This document shows positions 42,743-53,759 of a stretch of 64,000 nt of DNA, piece after piece. The DNA is taken from positions 1,402,720 through 1,466,719 of the forward strand of contig OZ253494.1 of the NCBI GenBank assembly GCA_965262015.1, read 5' to 3'. A program made the position numbers and the translations under genes. The stretch's first letter is position 1. Each line of letters opens with the position of its first letter. A model generated the notes under the pieces. It was not told the origin of the DNA. It searched no databases and saw only the letters and a list, made by a program, of their open reading frames with translations. Source of the stretch: Leptospiria bacterium. Lineage in GTDB: Bacteria; Spirochaetota; Leptospiria; Turneriellales; CBDBES01.

Positions 42743-44142
42743 TAGTGCTTCTTGCGAACAGGCTTAGTAATTTCAGATCTATTATGGGGATATCGTCTTC
42801 TATTGCCGTGTCCAATGTCTTGATCTTGCAGTACTCTATTAACTTGTCTAATGTGGCCAGGTAACTTTTTTCGTAGACCAATTTCCCAGAATAAAGCCAT
42901 CTGAATTGCTGCATGATCTTTCTGGGCTCTAGCATTTATTTTGTAATGTATAAACGATTCAAGAAAATAATTTTTTTCTTTGAACTTGGTTATCCACCCT
43001 TGTTTTTTAGAAGTTGACTGTGAAAACAAATGTTGGGTAGAAAAGATATATGATAAGGCGTCGCATTCTTTTCGAGTTAAAGCCATTTCTTTCGCAATAG
43101 GAGCTAGTTTCTCTTGGATTTTATCGATCATCATAGTATCATGCAAAGATACAGTAGCATCTGTAGAAATATAGTCTTGAAAGATATCTCTGATTAATAA
43201 ACTATAATAAATGACAATATTAATATCTTCATGTTCTGAAATCATTCTATCACCTAATAATAGCCTTTGATAAATTTCTGTTTGTATGAATTGTTTATTC
43301 CAATTAACACCATATTTTGCTAGTATTTGGTTTGTTTTAGGGAAAATGGCCTCAAGGAATCTCATTTCCGATAAATTTTTAAAAACAATAGAACTAAACC
43401 CTGTTCGAAAAATTTTATTAAATTCTTCACGTAGTCGGTTATTGGATACTTTTTTAATATGATTGCGATTTTTTTTAATAGATTTTAATGTAGCATTTTC
43501 AATAGAAAAATTAAGAGTACTAGAAAATTTAATAGCACGCAACATCCTAACTGGATCTTCTGGTAAGGATGTATCTGGATTACCAATTACTCGAATAATT
43601 TTATTTTCTATATCAGAAAATCCACCTGTATAGTCTAAAATAACCATACTACGAGAATCAAGTAATAAAGAATTAATTGTAAAATCTCTACAAGCGATAT
43701 CCTCCCTTAAATTACCATATTGATTATCTCTCTCCAGATAAGGGCTTCTTTTACTTTTTGTATTTTTTTGTTTCAACAACGATCGTGTAGTTGAAACTTC
43801 AATAATTTTTCCATCTCGGAACATAACATGGACCAGCTTAAATCGCTTACCTATAATACAACTATTGCTAAATAAATAACGTATTCTTTTGGGTTCGGCT
43901 GTGGTAACAACATCAAAATCCTTAGGTGTTTTACCTAACAGCAAATCTCTGAGGCTTCCACCTACTACCCACGCCTGCTGTTTATGTTGTTGTAATCTAT
44001 TAATTATTTTAAGGGCGTTAGCATCAATATGATGTTTTTTGATAGGGTGGAAATCTTTATAATACCTCTTACCGTCAGGGTACTTTAGGATTTGATTAAC
44101 TGAGAATTCTTTACCCAGCAAACTACTTAAAAATCCAAACAT
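42739..44142 (-). CDS. pcnB: Poly(A) polymerase / tRNA nucleotidyltransferase family protein
   Basis: The segment VVGGSLRDLLLGKTPKDFDVVTTAEPKRIRYLFSNSCIIGKRFKLVHV matches the PcnB head domain. I prefer the start MFGFLSS at 44142. Confidence 0.75.
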   Translation of the reverse strand: MFGFLSSLLGKEFSVNQILKYPDGKRYYKDFHPIKKHHIDANALKIINRLQQHKQQAWVVGGSLRDLLLGKTPKDFDVVTTAEPKRIRYLFSNSCIIGKRFKLVHVMFRDGKIIEVSTTRSLLKQKNTKSKRSPYLERDNQYGNLREDIACRDFTINSLLLDSRSMVILDYTGGFSDIENKIIRVIGNPDTSLPEDPVRMLRAIKFSSTLNFSIENATLKSIKKNRNHIKKVSNNRLREEFNKIFRTGFSSIVFKNLSEMRFLEAIFPKTNQILAKYGVNWNKQFIQTEIYQRLLLGDRMISEHEDINIVIYYSLLIRDIFQDYISTDATVSLHDTMMIDKIQEKLAPIAKEMALTRKECDALSYIFSTQHLFSQSTSKKQGWITKFKEKNYFLESFIHYKINARAQKDHAAIQMALFWEIGLRKKLPGHIRQVNRVLQDQDIGHGNRRRYPHNRSEITKPVRKKHY

Positions 44143-44298
44143 GAAAATCCTTAATTTATTGTGTTGACGTAGAATCAACGAAAATTATATTTTATGGGTC
44201 ATTATGCCTTTTATTGTTAATTTTTCTGGGAAAATAGCTGCTTAACACAAGTGTTATTTCTAATACTTTATTAAACTTGTTTTTTATTATGCTTTTTT

Positions 44299-45099
44299 AT
44301 GAAATATAATTTTTTCACGGTAGATACAATTCAATGTTCTGTTACTAAGGATGTGCAAGTTGATGTGTTACGTGTAACGATTGATAATCCTCCTGTTAAT
44401 GCACTTAGTAGTGGTATTTTGAAAGAATTGGATGTATTACTTGATGAGTTAATAAAGCAAAAAGTACAAGCCTTTATATTCACTGGGAAAGGTAGGGCTT
44501 TCATAGCAGGTGCAGACATCAAGGAGATGCAGAATTTTGGTGTTGAAGAGGCCCGTTTATTTGCTATGGAAGGACATAAAGTTTTTAAAAAGTTAGAAAA
44601 TATGGATAGTATTTCAGTCGCTATGTTAAATGGTGTGACAATGGGGGGGGGCTTAGAGTTAACTTTAGCGTGTGATATTCGTATTGCCAGTGAAAACGTA
44701 TTAATGGGTTTGCCAGAAGTTACCTTGGGTCTTATTCCAGGTTTTGGTGGTACTCAAAGATTAACACGGCTTATAGGTACAAGCCTGGCAAAATATCATA
44801 TTCTTACTGGTACTCCAATAGATTTACAGAAAGCTCTAGAGAATAACCTAGTTCACCGCATTGTTACAGAGGAGCATCTAGAAGAAGAAACTTGCAAAAT
44901 TATTGTAAAACTTTTACGAAATGGTCCCACTGGTATTTTACATGCTAAACATTTGATTAATTCATATAATAGTGAAACACTACAAAGTGGTTTACATCAA
45001 GAAGTGGATTTATTTGCATCTCTATTCAAAGGTACAGAACCTAGCATCGGTTTACGTGCTTTTCTTGCTAAAGAAATTCCTCAATATGAAACAGATTAA
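44299..45099 (+). CDS. Enoyl-CoA hydratase/isomerase family protein
   Basis: The crotonase-fold motifs FIAGADIKEM and GVTMGGGLELTLACDIRIAS are present. Confidence 0.85.
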   Translation: MKYNFFTVDTIQCSVTKDVQVDVLRVTIDNPPVNALSSGILKELDVLLDELIKQKVQAFIFTGKGRAFIAGADIKEMQNFGVEEARLFAMEGHKVFKKLENMDSISVAMLNGVTMGGGLELTLACDIRIASENVLMGLPEVTLGLIPGFGGTQRLTRLIGTSLAKYHILTGTPIDLQKALENNLVHRIVTEEHLEEETCKIIVKLLRNGPTGILHAKHLINSYNSETLQSGLHQEVDLFASLFKGTEPSIGLRAFLAKEIPQYETD

Positions 45100-45976
45100 A
45101 ATCTGGTTTATTACAATAAGACCCATTACACTATTAGCTTCAATCTCTCCCGTACTTGTAGGGAGTAGTTTAGCATATTATTATCTTCATGTTCAGGGAA
45201 ACATTCTGATTTTATTACTGATTACTAGTGCACTTATACAAGTGTTTACTAATTTAGTGAATGATTATTATGATTTTATAAATAATATTGATGGTGAAGA
45301 TAGACTTGGACCCAAACGAGGTCTACAGTTAGGTCAGATTAGCTTAACAGAGATGTCCAGAGCAATTTACATTGTCCTATTTCTGATTATTTTTTTAGGT
45401 GCTTTAATTGTTTTTAAGACAGATATTTATATTCTCATCATTGGTTTGTTCTCTTTACTATTTGCTTACCTCTATACTGCTCCATTTTTTTCTCTATCAA
45501 GACGAGGTTTAGCAGATATATTTGTTTTTATTTTTTTTGGTCCAGTAGCAGTGTTAGGGACATACTATGCACATACACAACTTATACCAACATTATACCC
45601 TATCCTTGTAAGTAGCTTACCTGGCTCTTTGTCTGTTACTATCTTAATGATAAATAATATTAGAGATTACGAAACAGATACCAAAGCAGGTAAAAAAACA
45701 TTAGTTGTAAAATTAGGTGTAAGTAAAGTAAAATTGATCTATGTATGTATGTTTATCCCTTGCTTTGTTATCCCAATTTTACTATTCTCAATATTGGGTT
45801 TTTGGGCTTACCTGCCTCTTGCAACAATTCCTATTATTTATTTTAGTGTAAAAAATACTTGTGGTGAAAAAAAAAATAGTGTGAGTTTTAATTATATTTT
45901 AGCCAGTAACGCTGTTCTTCTCTTTTCATATTGTTGCTTACTGTCACTAGGGTTTATATTGCCAGTACTTTTTTAG
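45086..45976 (+). CDS. menA: 1,4-dihydroxy-2-naphthoate polyprenyltransferase
   Basis: It is a UbiA-family protein with NLVNDYYDF and the second Asp-rich motif NNIRDYETD. I chose the start MKQIKIW at 45086, which overlaps the upstream stop, rather than the track start at 44972. Confidence 0.8.
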   Translation: MKQIKIWFITIRPITLLASISPVLVGSSLAYYYLHVQGNILILLLITSALIQVFTNLVNDYYDFINNIDGEDRLGPKRGLQLGQISLTEMSRAIYIVLFLIIFLGALIVFKTDIYILIIGLFSLLFAYLYTAPFFSLSRRGLADIFVFIFFGPVAVLGTYYAHTQLIPTLYPILVSSLPGSLSVTILMINNIRDYETDTKAGKKTLVVKLGVSKVKLIYVCMFIPCFVIPILLFSILGFWAYLPLATIPIIYFSVKNTCGEKKNSVSFNYILASNAVLLFSYCCLLSLGFILPVLF

Positions 45977-45993
45977 TTATTAATTAATAAATT

Positions 45994-46683
45994 ATGAATT
46001 TAATAGTTACTATAGATGGTCCAGCTGGTTCAGGTAAATCTGCTGTAAGCAATATCGTGGCTAAAAAATTTAGTTTGTATGTATTAGATTCTGGTGCTAT
46101 ATATCGTGCGATAACAATTTTAGGTTTGCGTTTTGCAGATAAACATGATACTTCTGTGGAAGAGATCATTCAAACAAGCTCTTTTAGAAGTTATTTATCT
46201 GATCTATCTTTTGAACTTATATTTCAACAATATGAACAAACTATTGTGGTAGAAGGAGATGCTATGGGTGAACAGTTATATCAACCAAATATCACTAGGC
46301 AGGTAAAAAATATAGCAAATGTAATATTTTTACGTGATTTTGTTAATCAAAAGCTTATTGCTATTGCTAAACAGTATGATGTTATTGCTAATGGAAGAGA
46401 TATGAGTACGATAGTATTTCCCGATGCCCCACTTAAATTTTTTTTAACGGCAGATGTTACTATGCGTAGTAAAAGGAAATATCAAGAACTTTTAGCTTCA
46501 AATCCTAATATAGAGTGTGAGCAGGTATTACAAGATATGATTGATAGAGACAAACAAGATCGTAATAGAAAAGTTGGTGCCTTGAAAATAAGCAAGGATG
46601 TAATTTTCATTGACACAACCTATCTAACACTAGAGCATGTAGTTGGCGTTGTTGGAGATCATATTATGGATTTTAAAGGTTGA
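45994..46683 (+). CDS. cmk: Cytidylate kinase
   Basis: It has the IDGPAGSGKS P-loop and DSGAIYR, and it shows the classic cmk-rpsA adjacency. Confidence 0.9.
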   Translation: MNLIVTIDGPAGSGKSAVSNIVAKKFSLYVLDSGAIYRAITILGLRFADKHDTSVEEIIQTSSFRSYLSDLSFELIFQQYEQTIVVEGDAMGEQLYQPNITRQVKNIANVIFLRDFVNQKLIAIAKQYDVIANGRDMSTIVFPDAPLKFFLTADVTMRSKRKYQELLASNPNIECEQVLQDMIDRDKQDRNRKVGALKISKDVIFIDTTYLTLEHVVGVVGDHIMDFKG

Positions 46684-46698
46684 ATGCAATAGTAATTT

Positions 46699-48420
46699 AT
46701 GTCGTCTATCCTATTTGAAGATATTAATGGTAATATGGCAGATTTGCTTGCTGCCAATGAGGATGCTTTTGTTAGTAATCCCCAGAAAGATGAGATAATT
46801 GTATGTCGGGTTATATCTGCTGGCCCCAAAAGTGTATTAGTTTCCACTAGTGCTAAAATAGAAGGTATTATACCATCCACCGATTTTGATACATTACCTG
46901 AGACAGGTGAGGAATTAGAAGTTCTTGTTAAGGGTCTTAGTAAAGAAACAGGTCTTGTTGATCTGTCTAAGAAGGAATTGGATATTGAAAAAGGCATGCG
47001 TATTATTAACGAAGCTATGGATGCTAATTTACCTGTTAGAGGAAAAGTTATTAGGCGAGCTAGCCAAGGCTATATGGTAAATATCGAGAATATTGAAATG
47101 TTCTTACCCATGTCACAGGTGGGATTTTTATTTGCGGATGAGGAAAATAAAAGTGTAGGTAAAGATTTTACAGGTTTTTCATGTCTATATAAAGTACTTA
47201 AAATTGATCGCAGGGGTAAAAGTGGTGTAGTCTCTAGGAAACAATATCAAGATGATATAAACAAAGTAGCTTGGTCTAATATTGTTGATAATAGACAGGT
47301 TGGTGATGAAGTAGAAGGAATGGTAATGAAGTGTACTTATCATGGAGTTTATGTTATGGTAGATGAATTTTTAGGTTTTGTTCATCGTACTAATATTTCA
47401 TGGGCAAGAATTGCAAAAAATGTGACAAATCACATTCCTATTAACTCAAAAATTAGAGTTCGTATATTAGACATTAATCCTGAAGTCATGCGGTTATCTT
47501 TGGGTATTAAACAATTAACAGAAGATCCTTGGGAGAATATACTAGAAACATATTTGATAGGAGATGTGGTTAATGGTACGGTCACTTTTCTTTCTAAACA
47601 ATTTGCTTTTATTTCACTTCAAGACTCTTCCATAGAAGCTATGATGTTTGTTTCTGAAATAAGTTGGAGTAAAAAGGTGACAGATGCCCGTTCTCTTTTA
47701 AGGGTTGGTAGTGAAGTACAGGGTAAAATTTTGAGTATTAATATTGAAGAGCGAAAGATCTTTATTGGCATGAAGCAACTTGAAAATGATCCATGGCTTA
47801 CTATTGCTAATAAGATCCAAGTTAATGATAAACAGACAGGAGTGGTTACTAGTATTACTGAATTTGGTATTTTTGTTGAGATTGAGAAATATATAGATGG
47901 TTTAGTCCCTAATGAAAACATAGACTGGTTCAAGAGGACATTTAGTTTATCTTCCCTTAAGAAAAAATATAATGTGGGTAAAACCGTTGATTTTCAGATT
48001 GTGTCTATTGATCCAGACGCCAAGAAAATAGTATGTAGTTTTAAGCATATAGAGTTAAATCCATACGAATCAATAAAGAGTAAGTTTGTTAAAAATCAAT
48101 TAACAACAGGTGTTATAAGTAAAATTGCTCAATTTGGTATGTTTATTACGATTGATGGTAAATTAGATGGACTATTGCATACAAATGATATGTATAAAGA
48201 TCATGCAGGTAAGCTTACTTCTAAATATAAAGTAGGTGAAGAAATAGAGGTAGTCGTTGTTAATGTTGAGCCTGAAAAGTCTAGAATTCGATTATCCCAA
48301 CGAGCTATTAAAAATATTGTAGTGTCCAAAGAAAGGTCAAAATATATTAGTAATGCAAATGAGTTGTTAACAGATTCCCCTTTTAAAAATTTACAACACC
48401 TTTTGTCGTCTGATAATTAA
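46699..48420 (+). CDS. rpsA: 30S ribosomal protein S1
   Basis: This 573-aa protein has six S1-domain repeats (G.V....FG.FV...G..G). Confidence 0.9.
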   Translation: MSSILFEDINGNMADLLAANEDAFVSNPQKDEIIVCRVISAGPKSVLVSTSAKIEGIIPSTDFDTLPETGEELEVLVKGLSKETGLVDLSKKELDIEKGMRIINEAMDANLPVRGKVIRRASQGYMVNIENIEMFLPMSQVGFLFADEENKSVGKDFTGFSCLYKVLKIDRRGKSGVVSRKQYQDDINKVAWSNIVDNRQVGDEVEGMVMKCTYHGVYVMVDEFLGFVHRTNISWARIAKNVTNHIPINSKIRVRILDINPEVMRLSLGIKQLTEDPWENILETYLIGDVVNGTVTFLSKQFAFISLQDSSIEAMMFVSEISWSKKVTDARSLLRVGSEVQGKILSINIEERKIFIGMKQLENDPWLTIANKIQVNDKQTGVVTSITEFGIFVEIEKYIDGLVPNENIDWFKRTFSLSSLKKKYNVGKTVDFQIVSIDPDAKKIVCSFKHIELNPYESIKSKFVKNQLTTGVISKIAQFGMFITIDGKLDGLLHTNDMYKDHAGKLTSKYKVGEEIEVVVVNVEPEKSRIRLSQRAIKNIVVSKERSKYISNANELLTDSPFKNLQHLLSSDN

Positions 48421-48499
48421 AAAATTACTTATTCCTAAAAAGGAAGGATTATGTGTAAGTTTTTAGAGTTGTTTTGAATTATATCATGCTATTTAAATT

Positions 48500-49894
48500 A
48501 TGGAATATAGAATAGAGAAAGATAGTATGGGCAATGTAAAAGTTCCTGAAAATAAGTATTGGGGAGCTCAAACTCAACGCTCATTAGAAAATTTCAAAAT
48601 TAGTGACCAAAAAATGCCTAGAGAGGTAATAGAGTCTTTTTCTGTATTAAAAGAGGCAGCAGCAAAGACCAATTATGAATGCAATATTTTCTCCAAAGAA
48701 AAGATGGAAGTTATTACACAAGTCTGTGAAGAGATACGTGAGGATAAGCTTGCTGAACATTTCCCTTTGGTAGTTTGGCAAACGGGATCAGGGACACAAA
48801 GCAACATGAATGTCAATGAAGTCATTGCTAATAGAGGTCATGTTCTTCATGGTGGTAAATTACAAGATGAAGTTAAGTTTTTACATCCCAATGATGATGT
48901 AAATAAGTCACAGTCATCTAATGATACCTTCCCAACAGCAATGAATATTGCAAGCTATAGGGTTCTGCATACAAAAACGTTACCTAGTTTAGAAAAATTA
49001 CAAAGTACTCTAGAGAAAAAATCTAAAAAATTTAAAGATATTATTAAAATAGGTAGAACACATTTTATGGATGCTACACCCCTCACTTTAGGACAAGAGT
49101 TTTCAGGATATGCTTCTCAGATAGAACATGGTGTTATTAAATTAAGGGATAGCATGCAACATTTACAAGAATTAGCTTTAGGAGGTACTGCTGTTGGGAC
49201 AGGTATAAATACACCAAAGGGGTATTCTACTACAGTTGCTAAATATATTTCTCAATTAACGGGGTTGCCCTTTATAAGTGCTATAAATAAATTTGAGTCT
49301 TTGGCAGCCAATGATGCCATTGTGTCTACTTCTGGTGCACTCAAAACTTTAGCAGTTAGCTTAATGAAAATTGCTAATGATATACGCATGTTAGCTTCTG
49401 GTCCACGTTCTGGAATTGGTGAAATTTATATTCCAGCAAATGAACCAGGTTCTTCTATTATGCCAGGCAAGGTGAATCCTACACAGTGCGAGGCATTGAC
49501 AATGGTATGTGCACAAGTCATTGGAAATGATGTTGCTATAAGTATAGGAGGGATGAATGGTCATTTTGAACTCAACGTCTTTAAACCTATGATTATATTT
49601 AATTTTTTAATGGCGGCAAATAATATGGCTGACGCTGTCCTTTCTTTTACCGATAATTGTGTTGTTGATATTGAGCCAAATTTATCTATTATTACTAAAA
49701 ATCTTGAAAATTCACTAATGCTTGTTACCGCTTTAAATACACATATTGGTTATGATAATGCAGCTAAAATTGCAAAAAAAGCTTATAGTGATAATACAAC
49801 TTTAAAGGTTGCAGCTCTTAAGTTGGATTTACTTACAGAAGCTGAATTTGATCAATGGGTGAAACCTGAAAATATGATAGGTAATAATCCATAA
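48500..49894 (+). CDS. fumC: Class II fumarate hydratase
   Basis: The segments EKDSMG...YWGAQTQRS and [16 protein letters not shown] are the family signature. Confidence 0.95.
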   Translation: MEYRIEKDSMGNVKVPENKYWGAQTQRSLENFKISDQKMPREVIESFSVLKEAAAKTNYECNIFSKEKMEVITQVCEEIREDKLAEHFPLVVWQTGSGTQSNMNVNEVIANRGHVLHGGKLQDEVKFLHPNDDVNKSQSSNDTFPTAMNIASYRVLHTKTLPSLEKLQSTLEKKSKKFKDIIKIGRTHFMDATPLTLGQEFSGYASQIEHGVIKLRDSMQHLQELALGGTAVGTGINTPKGYSTTVAKYISQLTGLPFISAINKFESLAANDAIVSTSGALKTLAVSLMKIANDIRMLASGPRSGIGEIYIPANEPGSSIMPGKVNPTQCEALTMVCAQVIGNDVAISIGGMNGHFELNVFKPMIIFNFLMAANNMADAVLSFTDNCVVDIEPNLSIITKNLENSLMLVTALNTHIGYDNAAKIAKKAYSDNTTLKVAALKLDLLTEAEFDQWVKPENMIGNNP

Positions 49895-49916
49895 TTTATT
49901 TGTGTGGAATTAATGC

Positions 49917-50519
49917 GTGCATCCTTTCCTCGAAATTTTCCGTAAAAAACGGTCTTATCGCTTTAAAATTCCTCAGAATCTTATTAATCAAGTAATTAAG
50001 CGTTCATTATATAATGTTGCTAAATCACCACATTCTTTGGAGATAGAATTACATGATCAAATAATTATTTTAAAAGGGCTTGTTGATAAGCCGGATTATA
50101 TGATTCCTAGCATACGAGATACCGTTTTTTTTGATATTTGCTTGAAGATGGATCACCTGAAAGATGGAATTTTAACTTTATCTATCAAGGATGTACAGGT
50201 ATATGATGCTAGCCATTTAGATGTATTAAAACTCTTAAGTAAATATACGAATATCACAAAAAAATATTTATTGGATGATATTTTTCATGATTCTTTAGAT
50301 TTTATTAATTTAAGTCCATCTTATGAATATATTACTATTCACATATCTGATCTTAGTAATTATTTTCTTAAAAAAGTACGCTTACATAATCAAATTGAGA
50401 TTACTTCTGTACAACTGCGTGAGGAATTCTTGGAATTTTATTCTGATAGTAATGTCATGGTTTATGGTGTAATAAAAACTCTTTTGTCTCGGATCGATAA
50501 AAAATTAAATAAAAATTAA
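49917..50519 (+). CDS. Hypothetical protein
   Basis: This is a 200-aa ORF with a GTG start and no recognisable motif. Confidence 0.35.
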   Translation: MHPFLEIFRKKRSYRFKIPQNLINQVIKRSLYNVAKSPHSLEIELHDQIIILKGLVDKPDYMIPSIRDTVFFDICLKMDHLKDGILTLSIKDVQVYDASHLDVLKLLSKYTNITKKYLLDDIFHDSLDFINLSPSYEYITIHISDLSNYFLKKVRLHNQIEITSVQLREEFLEFYSDSNVMVYGVIKTLLSRIDKKLNKN

Positions 50520-51760
50520 GGACAAGTACAAGCTGTGGCACTTGTTGCAGTTGTTTCTTTTTCTTTAATAGAAATATTATTTTGACATAGTTGAAAAGAC
50601 TCTGGAAAACCATCCTGACCATCTACAATTCCTGTTGCATTATATCTTTGTTTGTCTTGTGTAACGTATAAAGCATATTGGCCAGGCTGTATATTTATAA
50701 TTTGTGCATTTGTATTAATACGGGTAGCTAACAGGGGGAAAGTAGTTTGAGTATATTTTTGCTCTTGTGGAATAAGTACAAAATAAGATAAACCAGGAGG
50801 TGCACATGATGCTGTATTAAAACTTGTAATTTGGAGCATACCCACAATGTCTGGTTCATAAGCCCGTGCCATGATTATAGTATTACCTCCCAGACGTTGA
50901 TTGTTTGTAGGTGAAGATTGATTATTATCATAAGCATGATCTAGTAACCAGTCTGATGGCCCTACAAAAGATTCCCATCTTTGGGTTTCAGTGCCATATT
51001 GATTGACATGTTTCATAAGTAAGTTTTTAAAAAAAATACGCACTTCTATCACAGTATCCTGCTCATGTGTATTAATATTAATATTAGTATTCTGTAAATA
51101 CAGAGGGGAAAATCGTGATTCTTGCTCTGTAGGATTATCAGAAGTCTTAAGTGAATAAAATTCTCCTATATCTTTACCTTGTACTCTTTCGTTATCAAAT
51201 ATATTTTCTTGGATGGTTTCTTGAAGGGTATTATCATATAGCTTACTGGGAAATATTACCATGCGTCTAATTAAAACAGATATAGAGTTATACTTTTTAA
51301 TTTCTAAATCTGATACATTAGAATAATTAAAGCCTTCTTCAAAAAAGTTTTTTAATTTATTTATACCGTCACTATTACTACAGTTGCGTAATAGGCGATT
51401 ATTAATAGTGGTTACAGAAGAACATAAAATTTCTCGATTTAAAGCAAAATTACTTAAAGATTGTTTAGGAAGATTTTTAAACTGTTGCACAGATTGATCT
51501 GATATAATAACCCGAGCAAAATCAATATAAAACTTTATGTCTTCAAAAGGGATGGTTGTATTTAAAGGTGCTGGTAAATTAGCTATATAATCATTATTAT
51601 AAATATTTACGTTCCATGGATAGGGTGAATTACTTTCATATGTACCTTTCATCTTGAGCGATAGTCTGGAATGTAATACTTCTGATAAAACAGGTGATTG
51701 GGTACAGTTTATAGTATAAAATAAACTAATGCCTAAAAGAACGTAATATAACTTTTTCAT
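50516..51760 (-). CDS. Hypothetical lipoprotein
   Basis: The signal peptide MKKLYYVLLGISLFYTINC has a lipobox-like TINC with Asn at -1. I see no recognisable domain. Confidence 0.5.
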   Translation of the reverse strand: MKKLYYVLLGISLFYTINCTQSPVLSEVLHSRLSLKMKGTYESNSPYPWNVNIYNNDYIANLPAPLNTTIPFEDIKFYIDFARVIISDQSVQQFKNLPKQSLSNFALNREILCSSVTTINNRLLRNCSNSDGINKLKNFFEEGFNYSNVSDLEIKKYNSISVLIRRMVIFPSKLYDNTLQETIQENIFDNERVQGKDIGEFYSLKTSDNPTEQESRFSPLYLQNTNININTHEQDTVIEVRIFFKNLLMKHVNQYGTETQRWESFVGPSDWLLDHAYDNNQSSPTNNQRLGGNTIIMARAYEPDIVGMLQITSFNTASCAPPGLSYFVLIPQEQKYTQTTFPLLATRINTNAQIINIQPGQYALYVTQDKQRYNATGIVDGQDGFPESFQLCQNNISIKEKETTATSATACTCP

Positions 51761-51762
51761 TA

Positions 51763-52368
51763 TTATTTTTTAATGTTAAAACTTAAAGAAAGTCCTATAT
51801 TAATAAAATGTCCGTTATGGATACGTAGATCCGTATTAATAGTACTTGTATCCAGATAACTTTCAAAGACAGCGTAGTAGTCTATCCTTAGGCCTATATT
51901 TACGTAGGTCCCCGCAGGAAAAAACATATGATAACCAATAAAGATGGCTGGATGGGTATTCTTATTATTCTCTGGTTTATTTCTAAAATAATTAAAACCT
52001 AAGCCTAATTTAAATAGAAAAGAAATAGGTAGCTCAATAGGTAATTTATAGACAATTGATCCATAGGTAGGTAAGGAATACAAGCGGACAGTAATATTAG
52101 AATCATAATAATTAAGAGATGTACCAGCCTCTATCATCCATACATTTGTTGGAAAATTTGTTCTAATAAATAGCCCTCCACCAAGATTAGTTTTTAAGAT
52201 AGAAGAATATACTGTATTCGGGAAAGGAGCTACAGGGCCAAACCACATACCAATAACAGGAAATATATTCCATTTACTAATTTCATAGTCTGCTTGCCTG
52301 TTTTGTACTAGAATTAATAAAAAACAGCATGGTATCAAAAGGTATGTATAAATTTTATATCTTAACAT
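51763..52368 (-). CDS. Hypothetical outer-membrane beta-barrel-like protein
   Basis: It has an N-terminal hydrophobic segment, alternating hydrophobic and aromatic beta-strand patterns, and a C-terminal ...IGLSLSFNIKK. It lies 2 nt upstream of the lipoprotein gene, so they probably form an operon. Confidence 0.4.
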   Translation of the reverse strand: MLRYKIYTYLLIPCCFLLILVQNRQADYEISKWNIFPVIGMWFGPVAPFPNTVYSSILKTNLGGGLFIRTNFPTNVWMIEAGTSLNYYDSNITVRLYSLPTYGSIVYKLPIELPISFLFKLGLGFNYFRNKPENNKNTHPAIFIGYHMFFPAGTYVNIGLRIDYYAVFESYLDTSTINTDLRIHNGHFINIGLSLSFNIKK

Positions 52369-52453
52369 TTAAATAATATACCAGAATAATAAATAATAAA
52401 ATTAGAGAGTCATGTTTGCAATCAGATATTTTAGTTATTATGGAAAGTCCAGT

Positions 52454-52975
52454 GGAGAGTCCATATCAGTTCTGGACAGAATAGACTTGGTTAGCTGTTT
52501 TTCCTTGTAAGGAACGGCCTATACATATTATTCATCATAGCACAAAATCTAAATATGTTTTTTGTTTGTAACATGCAATAATCTGTTTCCTCTTAAAATA
52601 TCTTCTTAGTTATTTGATAGTGTTCTCACCTGTCCTCTATCACAAATTATCGTCTGTATATTTCCCGCTCAAGAAAATAAATATTTCCATGAAGCGAATA
52701 ATGTTTCTGTTCTTGAATTAGGTATAGGCATTGCCATCATTTTTTAAGGTATCGTTCTACAGCTACAGCGATATAACCATTCTTAATAAATGGTGTCTAT
52801 TTCCCGTACTTCAAATATTTTTTTCATGCTAAATCAACCTAAGATATTTTTTTAGAGCTATAGATTGGCCCTAAGATGCCTTTTTTTCAACCACGATATA
52901 TTGATACCATATTCCAAAATACCGTGAATAATAAGCTGTACACCCTAATGCCATAAAAGGTACCGGCATTATAGA
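52454..52975 (-). mobile_element. IS30-family remnant (copy 4); right coordinate end uncertain
   Basis: It starts with the IR GGAGAGTCCATATCAGTTCTGGACAGAATAGACTTGGTTAGC. It carries degraded C-terminal and N-terminal transposase segments; the reverse complement of 52790-52850 (..MKKIFEVREIDTI..) parallels copy 3 (MKKAFGVWKIDTM). Confidence 0.6.
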
Positions 52976-52999
52976 GTCATTTTAAATGACTTAAAACTA

Positions 53000-53605
53000 A
53001 TGTTGATTTTAATTGGGATCTTTATGATCTCTTGTAGTGCTGACAATCCTGGAGGGGCCGAAGCTGAAAAATGTAAAGCTGAAGAGTTTTACGCCGATGG
53101 TTCTATTAGGGTAGTAAGAGAATGTCATGACAATGGTAAAGTCTCAAAACTAACTGAATATAGTGGCATAGGCAAATCTACCACAGATAACCCCGATAGA
53201 TTCAAGGCAGAGAACCCTAAGAAGGACCCTATAAGCGTTGACCCTGTAAACGGGTACAAGTCCTTAGAGACTACTTATAATGAAGAGGGTGTTAGAACGG
53301 GATCAGTAACCTTTTATGCTGATGGGAAAGTTCAAAAAACAACAACTTACACCTCAGATGGAGTAAATGAAGGCGAGGTGACGTCTACGAATAGGGATGG
53401 TAAGAATACCGTCACTATGAACCTATACCGCTCGGATGGAAAATTAAGAAAACGTATAAGGACGGGCCCAGAAGAAGGTGTGAAGCGGACAAGCTACTAT
53501 GACGAAAACGGCAATGAATGTGGTCTACGGGATTCAGATGGCCGGGAGATCTCACCCCGCATCAACGATGGAACTACAAAATGTGTAGCTGCCGATGCAG
53601 AATAA
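53000..53605 (+). CDS. Putative lipoprotein with YD/MORN-like short repeats, compositionally atypical
   Basis: It begins MLILIGIFMISC, a short signal peptide with no charged n-region. It carries repeats such as FYADGSIRV, FYADGKVQKTTTY, LYRSDGKLRK and SYYDENGNECG. It looks visibly GC-richer than its neighbours. Confidence 0.55.
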   Translation: MLILIGIFMISCSADNPGGAEAEKCKAEEFYADGSIRVVRECHDNGKVSKLTEYSGIGKSTTDNPDRFKAENPKKDPISVDPVNGYKSLETTYNEEGVRTGSVTFYADGKVQKTTTYTSDGVNEGEVTSTNRDGKNTVTMNLYRSDGKLRKRIRTGPEEGVKRTSYYDENGNECGLRDSDGREISPRINDGTTKCVAADAE

Positions 53606-53759
53606 ATAAAGATTAAATAACTAAATAAAAATAAACCGTCAGTTTACATGAAAAAGCTGGCGGTTACCAAAACAATAATCAAAATACAAAAAATAGTCTT
53701 TATGGCTTGTGGTAGCTGGTATGATCAAGGGGCTAGTCTTGACATCGCTCAAGCAATAG

